This document shows positions 1 to 9,117 of a DNA stretch of 64,000 nucleotides, in pieces. The notes beneath the pieces are model-generated. The model did no database searches, was not told the origin of the DNA, and saw only the letters and a list, made by a program, of their open reading frames with translations. Location of the stretch: contig CAYPOT010000011.1 in the NCBI GenBank assembly GCA_964412455.1, forward strand, positions 3,822 through 67,821. The letters are read 5' to 3'. Position 1 is the stretch's first letter. Each line of letters begins with the position of its first letter. Both the position numbers and the translations under genes were made by a program. The stretch comes from an uncultured Nitrospiraceae bacterium. Lineage in GTDB: Bacteria; Nitrospirota; UBA9217.

Positions 1-1
1 C

Positions 2-175
2 CGCGTCGTCAAAGAGACCTGCGTGGGCTGCAAGGCATGCCTCAAGGCCGGCTGCATCGCCCTCTCCTTCGTGCCCGAGGGGAAGAAAGGGCATTCCCAG
101 GTCGACGAGCTTCTGTGCAACGGGTGCAGCGTGTGCAGCCAGCTCTGCGCGACGAAGTCGATGGTAAGCACATAA
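2..175 (+). CDS. iorA: Indolepyruvate:ferredoxin oxidoreductase alpha subunit, C-terminal end (5' part outside window)
   Basis: The frame is open from the window edge to TAA 173-175. The translation ...KETCVGCKACLKAGC...LLCNGCSVCSQLC has two Cys clusters of 4Fe-4S ferredoxin type, and an iorB-like gene follows. Confidence 0.6.
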   Translation, partial: RVVKETCVGCKACLKAGCIALSFVPEGKKGHSQVDELLCNGCSVCSQLCATKSMVST

Positions 176-349
176 GAGTGCGGAGTGCGGATTTCGGAGT
201 GCGGAATGAAACAAGAGAAAAGAGAACTGAAACGGCAGTGAATGAATAGTTTGTTTGCTTTCTAACGAGTATTGATAGAAGTTCTTGTTATTAAGGTTTT
301 GCTGTTATCCGTGTCCATCCGTGGTTAATAACTCTTTAAGGGGTCTTGA

Positions 350-928
350 GTGAAGGTTTTCAATATACTTATAGCCGGTGTCGGCGGGCAGGGCGTGCTG
401 CTGACCAGCAAGATCATCGCAGAGGCGGCGCTCCTGCAGGGGCTCGATGTGAAGCAGAGCGAGGTGCACGGCATGGCCCAGCGCGGCGGGAGCGTCCTGT
501 CACAGGTGCGCTTCGGCGAAAAAGTGTTTTCACCGATCGTCAGCGAGGGAGACGCCGACCTGCTGATCGGGTTCGAACCTCTCGAGACCGCGCGCTATCT
601 CCACTTCCTGCGGGACGGCGGCATCGTGGTCTATAATACGCGTCCCATCGGCACGATCGGCGTGTCCATCGGCAAAGAGACCTACCCTCAGGATATCCAT
701 GAAACGATAAAGAAGAACGCCTCCTCGGTCCATCCCTTCGACGCAACGAACGCCGCGGTTGAGGTCGGCGAGAAGCGCGCGGTGAATCTCGTCCTCCTGG
801 GGGCGGCGCTCCGCTTTCTTCCGCTGGATCCGTCCGTGGTGGACAACGCCATCACCAACTCGGTGCCGAAAAAGCTGCTCGAGCTGAACCGCAAGGCCTT
901 TCTCGCCGGCAAGTCGCAGGCCGCCTGA
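350..928 (+). CDS. iorB: Indolepyruvate:ferredoxin oxidoreductase beta subunit
   Basis: 192-aa ORF with a GTG start. ILIAGVGGQGVLL...SEVHGMAQRGGSV is the signature N-terminus of the 2-oxoacid:ferredoxin oxidoreductase gamma-type domain. Confidence 0.8.
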   Translation: MKVFNILIAGVGGQGVLLTSKIIAEAALLQGLDVKQSEVHGMAQRGGSVLSQVRFGEKVFSPIVSEGDADLLIGFEPLETARYLHFLRDGGIVVYNTRPIGTIGVSIGKETYPQDIHETIKKNASSVHPFDATNAAVEVGEKRAVNLVLLGAALRFLPLDPSVVDNAITNSVPKKLLELNRKAFLAGKSQAA

Positions 929-1047
929 CATCCCTACGTCAACCTTTTCTTGACAAATAAGCACAGAATGGTTACAGTGACTTTACAGACCGCCCATGCC
1001 TCAGCGGCCGGTGTGATCTCGAACCAGAGAAGGAGCGACACGGCCAC

Positions 1048-1785
1048 GTGCTTGCCACTCCCGACGCAAACGTCCTGAACGCCTGCCGGACCCTCTTTGG
1101 CGCCGATGCCGCCCTATCGAACGAGTTTCTCTTTTCCCTCAAGCCGAACGTTATCAAGACCGCCTTCCGGAAAAAAGCCAAAGAGACCCACCCCGACCTC
1201 TTTACCGCCCACGATCCGCTCGTCCAAAAAAGGCAGTCCGAGCTTTTCCGTGTGGTGAACAGCGCGTATGACATCATGCGGAACTACTGCGAGCGGCGCG
1301 ACCGGTCGCCCCGCCCCCTTCGCGCGCGGCCGCCGCGCCGCGCCGCGGCCGCTACACCGTCATTCCACGAGGACGAGACCGGCTGGCGGTACCGGGGAGC
1401 GCTCCCGGAACGACGGCTTGAGATCGGCCGGTTCCTTTACTATAGGGGCGGCATTCCCTATCGCATCCTGATCAAAGCGCTTGCATGGCAGATGCGCCAG
1501 CGCCCTCCGGTCGGGACCATCGCCAGGCAATGGGGCTGGCTCAACGAGCGCGCGGTCCGCGCGATCCTGTCCTACCGGGGCCGGCCGTATCTTTTCGGCG
1601 AACGGGCGCTGCGGCTCGGGTTTCTCTCCTCACACCAGGCGCGGATCCTGCTCGCCTACCAGCGCACGCTTCAGAAGAAGCTCGGAAGGTACTTCGTGGA
1701 ACAGGGACATCTTTCACATGACGAGATGGAGCATCTTGCCGCCGAGCTGCGCAGGCACAATGCCCGTTATCCTTTCCCTAAGTAA
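1048..1785 (+). CDS. J-domain protein with four MshEN-like 24-aa repeats in the C-terminal half
   Basis: 245-aa ORF with a GTG start 13 nt after AGAAGGAG. AFRKKAKETHPDLF...VVNSAYDIM is a J domain with HPD. The C-terminal half has repeats of the form xxGxxLLxxGxL(x4)L(x3)LxxQ. Confidence 0.6.
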   Translation: MLATPDANVLNACRTLFGADAALSNEFLFSLKPNVIKTAFRKKAKETHPDLFTAHDPLVQKRQSELFRVVNSAYDIMRNYCERRDRSPRPLRARPPRRAAAATPSFHEDETGWRYRGALPERRLEIGRFLYYRGGIPYRILIKALAWQMRQRPPVGTIARQWGWLNERAVRAILSYRGRPYLFGERALRLGFLSSHQARILLAYQRTLQKKLGRYFVEQGHLSHDEMEHLAAELRRHNARYPFPK

Positions 1786-2026
1786 GATCGCATCAGCATA
1801 AGCATTCACCGCAGCCTAACGCAGGCGAGGATGCAGAGGACATCGTAAAATAGAATAATGACAGGTGTGGTCCGTCTCCTGCCCCGACCCCGAACTGCGA
1901 CACCCGCAACCAGATCAAAAATCCCTTTCGATTTTTATCCGCCCTTATCAGACGCTGATCCGCTTCTTCTGTGTCAATGCTATCTTTCTCTGTTGAGGGG
2001 CGGCAAGACAACGAACGGGCGGGAGC

Positions 2027-4966
2027 TTACTGCTCGAGGACCTGTTTCACCTTCGCAAGGATCTCGGCGCGGGTGGCCGGCTTGGGGAGGAAGGGTTGCC
2101 CGGCGGCAAGGATCCCCGTTTTCACGAGCAGTTCTTCGCTGTATCCGCTGGTGAACAGGACCTTTGCGCCCGGTGTGGTGCTCCGAACGAGACGATAGAC
2201 TTCCCGGCCGTTCATCTTCGGCATAATGATATCGGTGATGACGAGATGTATGCCCGCGTGGCCGTCGCGGTATTTCTGGACCGCGATCTCGCCGTCATCG
2301 GCCTCGATCACGAAATATCCATGGTCCTCGAAAACGGTCTTCACGTAGGAACGGGCGATCTCGTCGTCTTCTGCCAGCAGAATGGTCTTTCCTCCCGCCG
2401 TGGGGGTGGTCGCATGTACCAAGGGTACGGAGACGGCGGACGCTTCGGTCAGGGGAAGATAGACCGCGAACAGGGATCCCCGCCCCGGCGTGCTTGAAAC
2501 CGAAATGTACCCGTCGTGGTCCTTTACGATGTCATAGACGATGGAAAGGCCAAAACCGGTCCCTTTTCCGGAACCCTTTGTGGAGAAAAAGGGCTCGAAG
2601 ATCCGCTTGCGAACGCTTTCTCCCATACCGGTCCCGGTATCTTTCACCGACAGAGAAGCATAGGTCCCTGGTTTTCCAAAACCGTGCGTTTTCTTAAAAT
2701 CCGCGCCGATGTCGACAATGCCCGTACTGACCTCGATCGTGCCGCCGGAGGGCATGGCGTCCCGCGCATTGACGGCGAGGTTCATAAGGACGCGCTCGAT
2801 CTGGGGACTGTATGCCATGACCGGGACGGCCCTCGCGTCTGAGGCAATGACCAGCCGAACCGTCCCGGGGAGGACGCCGGTCAAAAATTTCGCCTGGTGG
2901 CCCACCAGCGAAGCCAGGTCACCGGGAAGAAGAGAGGATCCTTTCCGCGTCCCGTACGTAAGGAGCCGCTGGGTGAGCGTTGCCGCCCGCTCGGTTGAGC
3001 TCAGGATCTGACTCACGTGGCCCTGGAGCGGGTCGTCCTGCGGGATGCCCAGCTGCATAAGGCTTGCATGGCCGACAATAACGCCGAGGATATTATTGAA
3101 ATCGTGGGCGACACCTCCGGCGAGCTTGCCCATGGCCTCCATTTTTTTCAGGTAGTGAAGTCTGCTCTCGAGGTTCTTTCGCTCGGTGATCTCAAAGAGC
3201 GTCCCGATGATCGAGGGCATTCCCTGGTAATCCATGCTTCCCGCGGACATGATGACCCACTTCTCTTCCCCGTTCCGGGTGATGATCTTGAATTCATACT
3301 GGCTGGAAAGCTGCTCCTCCGTAAAACGTTTGCCCGTGCGGTCACGGATCACGTGCCGGTACTCGGGGTGCACGAGCCCCCAGAACTCCCTGCCCAGGAG
3401 CTCGCCATGGTCATATCCGGAGAGCAGCTCTCCCGCCGGGTTGGCGTACAGGAGCTTCCCGTCCTGAAGAATAAAGATCGCCGCGGGGATCGTCTCTGCC
3501 AGGGTGCGGAACTTGCCCTCGCTTTCCCGCAGGGACTCCTGGATGCGGAGGGTCTTCTGGAACAGGGTGGCGTTCTCGATCGCAACCGCCGCGTGTCCCG
3601 CAAGGGTCTCCAGCAGCAGGATGTCGGTCTGATTATAGGGCGATCGATTATTCTTGGGGCCGAGAGAAAGGCAGCCCTGCAGACGTCCCTGGTAGAAGAC
3701 CGGGACGAGCATGTCGGCGCCGATCGTTCGCATGGCACCCGCCAGGGCGGACGCCTTTTCCTCGGGCAGGGACTCCTGCATCAGGCGGATAACGGGGAGC
3801 TTTGTTTCGAGCAGATGTTGAACCACCTGTTCGGAAAGCTCGGAGCGATGAGCGGACCCGGCATCTCCGTCGAAGCTTTTCCGGAGCGACAGGACGTCAT
3901 CCTTTGCCTGGAGATACAGGGAAGCGCTCTCCACGCGAAGATCTTCCTTCAGGATCTTCATAATGTGGCTCAGGAGGTCGTCCAGGTTCAGGATGGTGGA
4001 CATGGCACGGGTGGCATTGCTGATGATGTCCTGGTACAGGTCCTTGTCCTTCAGGACGATGCTGTTGACCAGCGACTGCACCTTGCCGCTGAACGGGGTC
4101 CCGAAAAAAAGGAATCCGATGATCGAGAGCGACGCGAATATGGAAAACACATGGCTGAGAGCGTTCTCGAACAGGAGAAAAAGGCCGGCCTGGAGAAAGG
4201 AAAAGACCACCAGCAGCAGTATCGTCGCGATGGTGCGCGACAGAATGAGACGGATATCAAAGAGCTGGTACCGGGCAATGGCATAGACGGTCAGGGCGAC
4301 CCAGGGAAGACTGAAGTACGAGGCGAGTCCCGGTTCCAGGCCGAACCCGCCGAAGAGCTGCAGAACCCCCGCGGTGAACCCGGCTCCGCTGCCGAAGACG
4401 AAGACGCCGAAAAAGAAGAAACCAAGCTCCTTCCTGACGAGCCCCGAGGTGCTGCGCCGAAGAAGGAAGGCCTTGGCGATGACCCAGACCGCGAGACAGG
4501 CGCCGAAGAAGCGCAGAAGATTATCAAGCGGGCCCGGCTGGCTGGAGAACGGGATCAGGACGTAGTTTCCAGTGACAATAAGGTCGGTGAAAATGCTCAA
4601 GGCGAGCATGGCCGACCAGAAGGGGTAGAGAATGAGGCCGACGAGATAGCCGGTCCGGCTGTCCTCGCTCTCGCTGTAATAGAGGAACTGCAGCGCCGCG
4701 GGGAGCGTGAACCAGCCTATCCAGTTGGCGCGCGCGTAGAACGAATAGTCGAGCTCCAGGGAGGCGCTGACATACATGAGCCCCGTGCAGAGCGAGAAGG
4801 CCGCGGAAAAAAAGGCGAGGAGCGCCACGGACCTGTTGACCGGGCTGTTCCTCGGGTTCTGCCTGACCATGAGGAACCCGAGGAGAAGTTCTACCCCCGC
4901 CACAAAAAAGAGGGGATAGCCGATGATGGAATGAAGGTTTGTCATGAGTGTCGTTGCCAGACCCAA
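2027..4966 (-). CDS. Hybrid sensor histidine kinase/response regulator (multi-TM sensor, GAF, PAS, HisKA, HATPase, receiver)
   Basis: 979-aa ORF with about 8 hydrophobic N-terminal segments. H box GGVAHDFNNIL; N/G boxes NLAVNARDAM, DTGTGM, GTGFGLS; C-terminal receiver ILLAEDDE...DIIMPKMNG. TTG start at 4966, alternative ATG at 4945. Confidence 0.85.
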   Translation of the reverse strand: MGLATTLMTNLHSIIGYPLFFVAGVELLLGFLMVRQNPRNSPVNRSVALLAFFSAAFSLCTGLMYVSASLELDYSFYARANWIGWFTLPAALQFLYYSESEDSRTGYLVGLILYPFWSAMLALSIFTDLIVTGNYVLIPFSSQPGPLDNLLRFFGACLAVWVIAKAFLLRRSTSGLVRKELGFFFFGVFVFGSGAGFTAGVLQLFGGFGLEPGLASYFSLPWVALTVYAIARYQLFDIRLILSRTIATILLLVVFSFLQAGLFLLFENALSHVFSIFASLSIIGFLFFGTPFSGKVQSLVNSIVLKDKDLYQDIISNATRAMSTILNLDDLLSHIMKILKEDLRVESASLYLQAKDDVLSLRKSFDGDAGSAHRSELSEQVVQHLLETKLPVIRLMQESLPEEKASALAGAMRTIGADMLVPVFYQGRLQGCLSLGPKNNRSPYNQTDILLLETLAGHAAVAIENATLFQKTLRIQESLRESEGKFRTLAETIPAAIFILQDGKLLYANPAGELLSGYDHGELLGREFWGLVHPEYRHVIRDRTGKRFTEEQLSSQYEFKIITRNGEEKWVIMSAGSMDYQGMPSIIGTLFEITERKNLESRLHYLKKMEAMGKLAGGVAHDFNNILGVIVGHASLMQLGIPQDDPLQGHVSQILSSTERAATLTQRLLTYGTRKGSSLLPGDLASLVGHQAKFLTGVLPGTVRLVIASDARAVPVMAYSPQIERVLMNLAVNARDAMPSGGTIEVSTGIVDIGADFKKTHGFGKPGTYASLSVKDTGTGMGESVRKRIFEPFFSTKGSGKGTGFGLSIVYDIVKDHDGYISVSSTPGRGSLFAVYLPLTEASAVSVPLVHATTPTAGGKTILLAEDDEIARSYVKTVFEDHGYFVIEADDGEIAVQKYRDGHAGIHLVITDIIMPKMNGREVYRLVRSTTPGAKVLFTSGYSEELLVKTGILAAGQPFLPKPATRAEILAKVKQVLEQ

Positions 4967-5282
4967 TGGGGCGGATTATCTCACGATAGTTCACCGGGGG
5001 GACAGGATATTTACCGGTGATTATTTCGCGAAGCATTCGCCTTATCCGGACAAGCCCCGTTAGAGGCGCATGCCTCTAAAGCGGGGCAAGCCGGAACCAG
5101 GGAGGTCTTTTGTCGAACCATTACAGAAGAACAGCAAATAAACGCTTCAGAAAATCCTGCCAACCCTGTTATCCCGTCAAGGATCCATCCTGCTCCAATT
5201 ATTTTCACCGGCGGAGAATTGCCTTGCGAAGGCGGGGTTGCCGGGTTACACTGTCGCCATGCGGGAATGCGGAGAGGGCGGC

Positions 5283-6050
5283 ATGCGGGTCATATCGCTC
5301 CAGTCGGGGAGTAACGGAAACTGTGTCTACGTCGAGGCGGGCGGGGTGCGGCTGCTGTTCGATGCCGGCATCAGCGGCTCCACGGCGGCCGAGCGGCTCG
5401 CCGGCCACGGCAGGGACATCCGGAGCGTCGATGCCCTCATCATCTCACACAATCATTCCGACCATATCAGTTCCGCGGGCGTGTTCCAGCGGAAGTTCGA
5501 CATTCCCCTCTATGTCACGCCGCGCTGCCTGTCCGCCGCCCAGACCCGCTGCTCCCTCGGAAAGCTGAAAGAGGTCCAGCACTTCCGCAGCGGAAGCACG
5601 ATCTGCATCGGCGATGTGTCCGTGCATACCATCCCGACGCCGCACGACGGAGAGGACGGGGTCGCCTTTATCGTCGACGATGGCGCGCACCGCCTCGGGA
5701 TCCTGACCGACCTCGGGCATGTCTTCCAGGACCTCGGCAGGACGATCGCTTCTCTCGACGCGGTCTTCCTGGAGAGCAATTACGATCCGCACATGCTGGC
5801 GAACGGCCCCTACCCCCGTTTTCTCAAGAGCCGCATCAAGGGCCCCGGCGGACACATCTCGAACCGGGAAGCCGCGGAGCTTATTGCCGGCGCGGCAGGT
5901 TCCCGGCTCAAGTGGGCGTGCCTGGCGCACCTGTCCGGGGAGAACAACAGCCCCGAGGTAGCTCTGCGGACGCACCGGGAGGTGTTGGGGAAGGGCCTGT
6001 CTCTTCATGTCGCGAGCCGCTATGAGGTGTCGGACATTTTGACACTTTGA
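5283..6050 (+). CDS. MBL-fold metallo-hydrolase
   Basis: The ORF spans 5238-6050, with the likely ATG at 5283 (MRVISLQSGSNGNC). Metal-binding motif ISHNHSDH. Confidence 0.7.
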   Translation: MRVISLQSGSNGNCVYVEAGGVRLLFDAGISGSTAAERLAGHGRDIRSVDALIISHNHSDHISSAGVFQRKFDIPLYVTPRCLSAAQTRCSLGKLKEVQHFRSGSTICIGDVSVHTIPTPHDGEDGVAFIVDDGAHRLGILTDLGHVFQDLGRTIASLDAVFLESNYDPHMLANGPYPRFLKSRIKGPGGHISNREAAELIAGAAGSRLKWACLAHLSGENNSPEVALRTHREVLGKGLSLHVASRYEVSDILTL

Positions 6051-6098
6051 TTTTTCCTGTTTGGCAATAGTGATAATCCCGCATCAAGTATCCAGTGC

Positions 6099-6189
6099 TG
6101 TCATTGCGAGGAGCGACGCGACGCGGCAATCTCGATAGTACAACCGATTACGAACTGCGAGATTGCTTCGCCTTCGGCTCGCAATGACA
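6099..6189. repeat. Palindromic repeat family G (TGTCATTGCGAG...CTCGCAATGACA)
   Basis: 12-bp terminal inverted repeats are read directly. A second copy lies at 24690-24819. Confidence 0.75.
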
Positions 6190-6226
6190 CGCTGAGCGGA
6201 CCTTTTTACTATCATCAGGTGACCCT

Positions 6227-6859
6227 ATGCCCGGCGTGAACGCATTTGACAAGAACGTTGACCGGTACGAGCAGTGGTTCGTGGACCACCCGCTGGCCTA
6301 TGTGTCCGAACTGCGCGCTTTGCGGGAGCTGTTGCCGACGAGCGGCATCGGCATCGAGATCGGCGTCGGGACCGGCCGGTTCGCGGCCCCCCTTGAGCTC
6401 AAGAAAGGGATCGAGCCTTCGCGGCCCATGGCGGAGGTGGCGCGGAAACGGGGGATCGAGGTCGTCCCCGGCGTTGCCGAACACCTGCCGTTCGCGGACG
6501 GAGAGTTCGATCATGCTCTCATGGTCACCACGGTCTGCTTTCTCGACGACATGGATATGGCGTTCCAGGAGGTGCGGCGCGTTCTGCGGCCCGGAGGCTC
6601 GTTCGTCATCGGGTTCGTTGATCGCGAAAGCCCGCTGGGAATGGCATATCAGGACCGGAAGGACAAGAGCGCGTTCTACCAGGACGCCACGTTCTACTCC
6701 GCTGAAGACATCATAGCGCATCTTCAGAAGGCCGGCTTCGGCGGCTTCACGTTCCGGCAGACCCTGTTCCGTCCGCTGCCGGAGATGGAAGAGGTCGAAC
6801 CGGTGAAGGAGGGCCACGGTGAAGGTTCGTTCGTGGTTGTCCGGGGCGAAAAGAAATAA
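6227..6859 (+). CDS. Class I SAM-dependent methyltransferase
   Basis: 210 aa. Motif I GIGIEIGVGTGRFA and a post-I acidic residue; LRPGGSFVIG is typical of the Methyltransf_11 type. Confidence 0.8.
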   Translation: MPGVNAFDKNVDRYEQWFVDHPLAYVSELRALRELLPTSGIGIEIGVGTGRFAAPLELKKGIEPSRPMAEVARKRGIEVVPGVAEHLPFADGEFDHALMVTTVCFLDDMDMAFQEVRRVLRPGGSFVIGFVDRESPLGMAYQDRKDKSAFYQDATFYSAEDIIAHLQKAGFGGFTFRQTLFRPLPEMEEVEPVKEGHGEGSFVVVRGEKK

Positions 6860-6951
6860 ACCTGGCCCGGTCAAGCCGGAACCAAATCTGCCGCGAAGAC
6901 GCGATCAAAAGCAGGCGCTTCCAAGCGAGAGCACGAAGAGTTCATAATCCA

Positions 6952-7291
6952 GGTTCATTCGTAATTGAATTACAAATGCAAGGTATGGTCACAGAAACAA
7001 AGGCTCGGATAAAAACTTATCCGCAGATTACGCAGATTGACGCAGATTTAGTCTTTAACCACGGCCCAGAACGGTCGTTCTTTAATCTGCGAAATCTGTG
7101 AAATCTGCGGACGAATCTTAGCCTTTCTGGTTTGTTCAGCTTTTTCAACTAAGGTATGGTCACAGAAACAAAGGCTCGGATAAAAACTTATCCGCAGATT
7201 ACGCAGATTGACGCAGATTTAGTCTTTAACCACGGCCCAGAACGGTCGTTCTTTAATCTGCGAAATCTGTGAAATCTGCGGACGAATCTTA
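6952..7291 (+). repeat. Repeat family A, two tandem copies (171-bp period)
   Basis: 6980-7120 and 7151-7291 are identical over 141 nt by eye. The units carry internal inverted CCGCAGATT / AATCTGCGG blocks. Other copies lie at 14665-14885 (inverted), 52545-52764 and, partially, 42178-42256. Confidence 0.9.
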
Positions 7292-7361
7292 TTTTGAGTA
7301 GAATTTGATCCCATAGTTATTACCTGCTTGCACTGGAGATGATCCTGAGATAACGGACAGA

Positions 7362-8345
7362 ATGCAAACACCTCTTCGGCCAATCCACGTTCGCGGTCTT
7401 CAGATCGATCCGCCCTTGTTTCTCGCGCCCATGGCGGGCCTTACGCACAGCGCGCTCCGGCAGATCCTGTTCGGCTTCGGCGGGGTCGGTCTGGCCTCCA
7501 CGGAAATGCTCTCGGCAAAAAGGCTGCCCACCGAAAGCCCCCGGGTCTCCCCCTATTTGATACGGACCTCCTCGGAGCGGCCTCTTTCCTATCAGCTCCT
7601 GACCTCCACTGCCGATGAGTTGGCGCGCGCCATAGAGGCGCTTCATGCACTGAAGGCGGATGCAATCGATCTGAACATGGGCTGCCCGGCCGCCGCGGTC
7701 GGCAGGTTCGGCGCCGGCTTCAGCCTGATGGAACGGCCGGAGGACGCCCGCCGCATCGTGGCCGAGGCAAGGAAACGCACGCAGCTCCCCCTGACCGCGA
7801 AGATCCGGCTCGGCAGCGAACTGGATGAAGAGAAATTAAAGGGCTTCTGTACCATGCTCGAAGACGAGGGCATCGACCTGCTCTCGGTCCACGCCCGGCT
7901 CAAGAATGAGTCCTTTACAAGACGACCGCGCTGGGAAAATATTTCCGCCATCAAAAAATGGCTCACGATCCCTGTTATCGTCAATGGCGGCATCTTCTCG
8001 GTCCAGGACGCGGAAAACTGCCTGGCCGTCTCCGGCGCCGACGGCCTGATGCTCGGCCGCGGTGCAGTCATACGGCCCTGGCTGTTCGCGGAGATCGCGC
8101 GGGGTCTGTGCGGCAGCCCGCTCGCAGCGCCGGTGGTGTCGCTGCCCGAGGTATATGGAAGCTTTATCGACCACCTGGGAGGCCTCTTCCGGCCGGAATA
8201 CCGGCTGGGCAGGCTGAAGGAGTTCACCCATTATTTCGCCCGGAACTACAAGTTCGGACACCACCTGGCCTCGAGGGTCCAGAGCAGCGCGAGCGTGGAA
8301 GAAGCGCGGGAAAGAGCGGTCCAGTTTTTTGAAAAGGGCGCGTAG
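7362..8345 (+). CDS. dus: tRNA-dihydrouridine synthase
   Basis: 327 aa. PLFLAPMAGLT, DLNMGCP, LSVHAR and VNGGI motifs of the Dus TIM-barrel family. Confidence 0.85.
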   Translation: MQTPLRPIHVRGLQIDPPLFLAPMAGLTHSALRQILFGFGGVGLASTEMLSAKRLPTESPRVSPYLIRTSSERPLSYQLLTSTADELARAIEALHALKADAIDLNMGCPAAAVGRFGAGFSLMERPEDARRIVAEARKRTQLPLTAKIRLGSELDEEKLKGFCTMLEDEGIDLLSVHARLKNESFTRRPRWENISAIKKWLTIPVIVNGGIFSVQDAENCLAVSGADGLMLGRGAVIRPWLFAEIARGLCGSPLAAPVVSLPEVYGSFIDHLGGLFRPEYRLGRLKEFTHYFARNYKFGHHLASRVQSSASVEEARERAVQFFEKGA

Positions 8346-8458
8346 GCTGTAGAAGATCGGGCCGTCAGGATCATTGCGCAGCGAAAACCCGCATGGGCAA
8401 AACAACAAGGAGCGCGCCTGTTCCTGGATTTAACCCCGTAATATTACTCATTTTCCGC

Positions 8459-8487
8459 TTGACACCTGGAGAGGTTTTGGCTATAGT
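8459..8487 (+). promoter_or_regulatory. Sigma-70-type promoter for the tRNA pair
   Basis: TTGACA (8459-8464), a 17-nt spacer, then TATAGT (8482-8487). tRNA-Gln starts 17 nt downstream. Confidence 0.6.
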
Positions 8488-8504
8488 GCTCAGGCCGTAA
8501 TCCC

Positions 8505-8578
8505 TGGGGGATCGTCCAGTGGTAGGACGACAGGCTCTGAACCTGTTTACGGGGGTTCGAATCCTCCTCCCCCAACCA
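8505..8578 (+). tRNA. tRNA-Gln (anticodon CTG)
   Basis: Hand-folded cloverleaf. Acceptor TGGGGGA/TCCCCCA, anticodon loop CTCTGAA, T arm GGGGGTTCGAATCCTCC, encoded CCA. Confidence 0.85.
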
Positions 8579-8692
8579 TGCAAGAACCATTGCAAATTGG
8601 AAATTTGAAATTGCAAATTGGAAGTTGATCCAACACAGTTTACAATCTTCAATTTACAAACTGCAATTTACAATCTGACGCCTCATCAAGCT

Positions 8693-8768
8693 GGTCCCAT
8701 CGTCTAGCGGCCTAGGACGCTGGCCTCTCACGCCGGAGACACGGGTTCGATTCCCGTTGGGACCACCA
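8693..8768 (+). tRNA. tRNA-Glu (anticodon CTC)
   Basis: Hand-folded cloverleaf. Acceptor GGTCCCA/TGGGACC, D loop GTCTAGCGGCCTAGGAC, anticodon loop CTCTCAC, T loop GGTTCGATTCC, encoded CCA. Confidence 0.85.
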
Positions 8769-8797
8769 TTTCATAGTCCACAGAAGTCAGATACGCC

Positions 8798-8828
8798 GCA
8801 TAAGCCCCTTGCTACAAGGGGCTTATGC
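8798..8828 (+). terminator. Hairpin after the tRNA pair (possible terminator)
   Basis: GCATAAGCCCCTT-GCTA-CAAGGGGCTTATGC stem-loop followed by TGTTT. The T tract is weak. Confidence 0.45.
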
Positions 8829-9117
8829 TGTTTCCGGGCCCTTCCAGGTGATTGCCGGAAACGCCGCAGGCGGCCTGCTGGATAAACAAATCAAGTCCGA
8901 AGAGTGCTGAAGGGTGTGTACGCGATGGAGTGGATGATCGGGAGGAAATAGTGGCAGGCGAAAAAAAGACTTGACGCACGGGGGGGTCGTTCTGAGGGGA
9001 AAAAGATGCGCGGGAGACAACGCGTATTTTAGATATAAGCAAAGGAACTCATGCCTGATTCCGTACCGTCCTGTCCCTTGCCCCAGAAGCCAAAGAGACC
9101 CGACTCTCGCCGGGCGC

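Noticed and set aside
3017-5020. 667-aa plus-strand ORF
   Set aside because: It is entirely antisense to the well-supported hybrid histidine kinase (2027-4966). Its Arg/Gly/Glu/Asp-rich composition is typical of shadow ORFs in GC-rich DNA, and no motifs are present.
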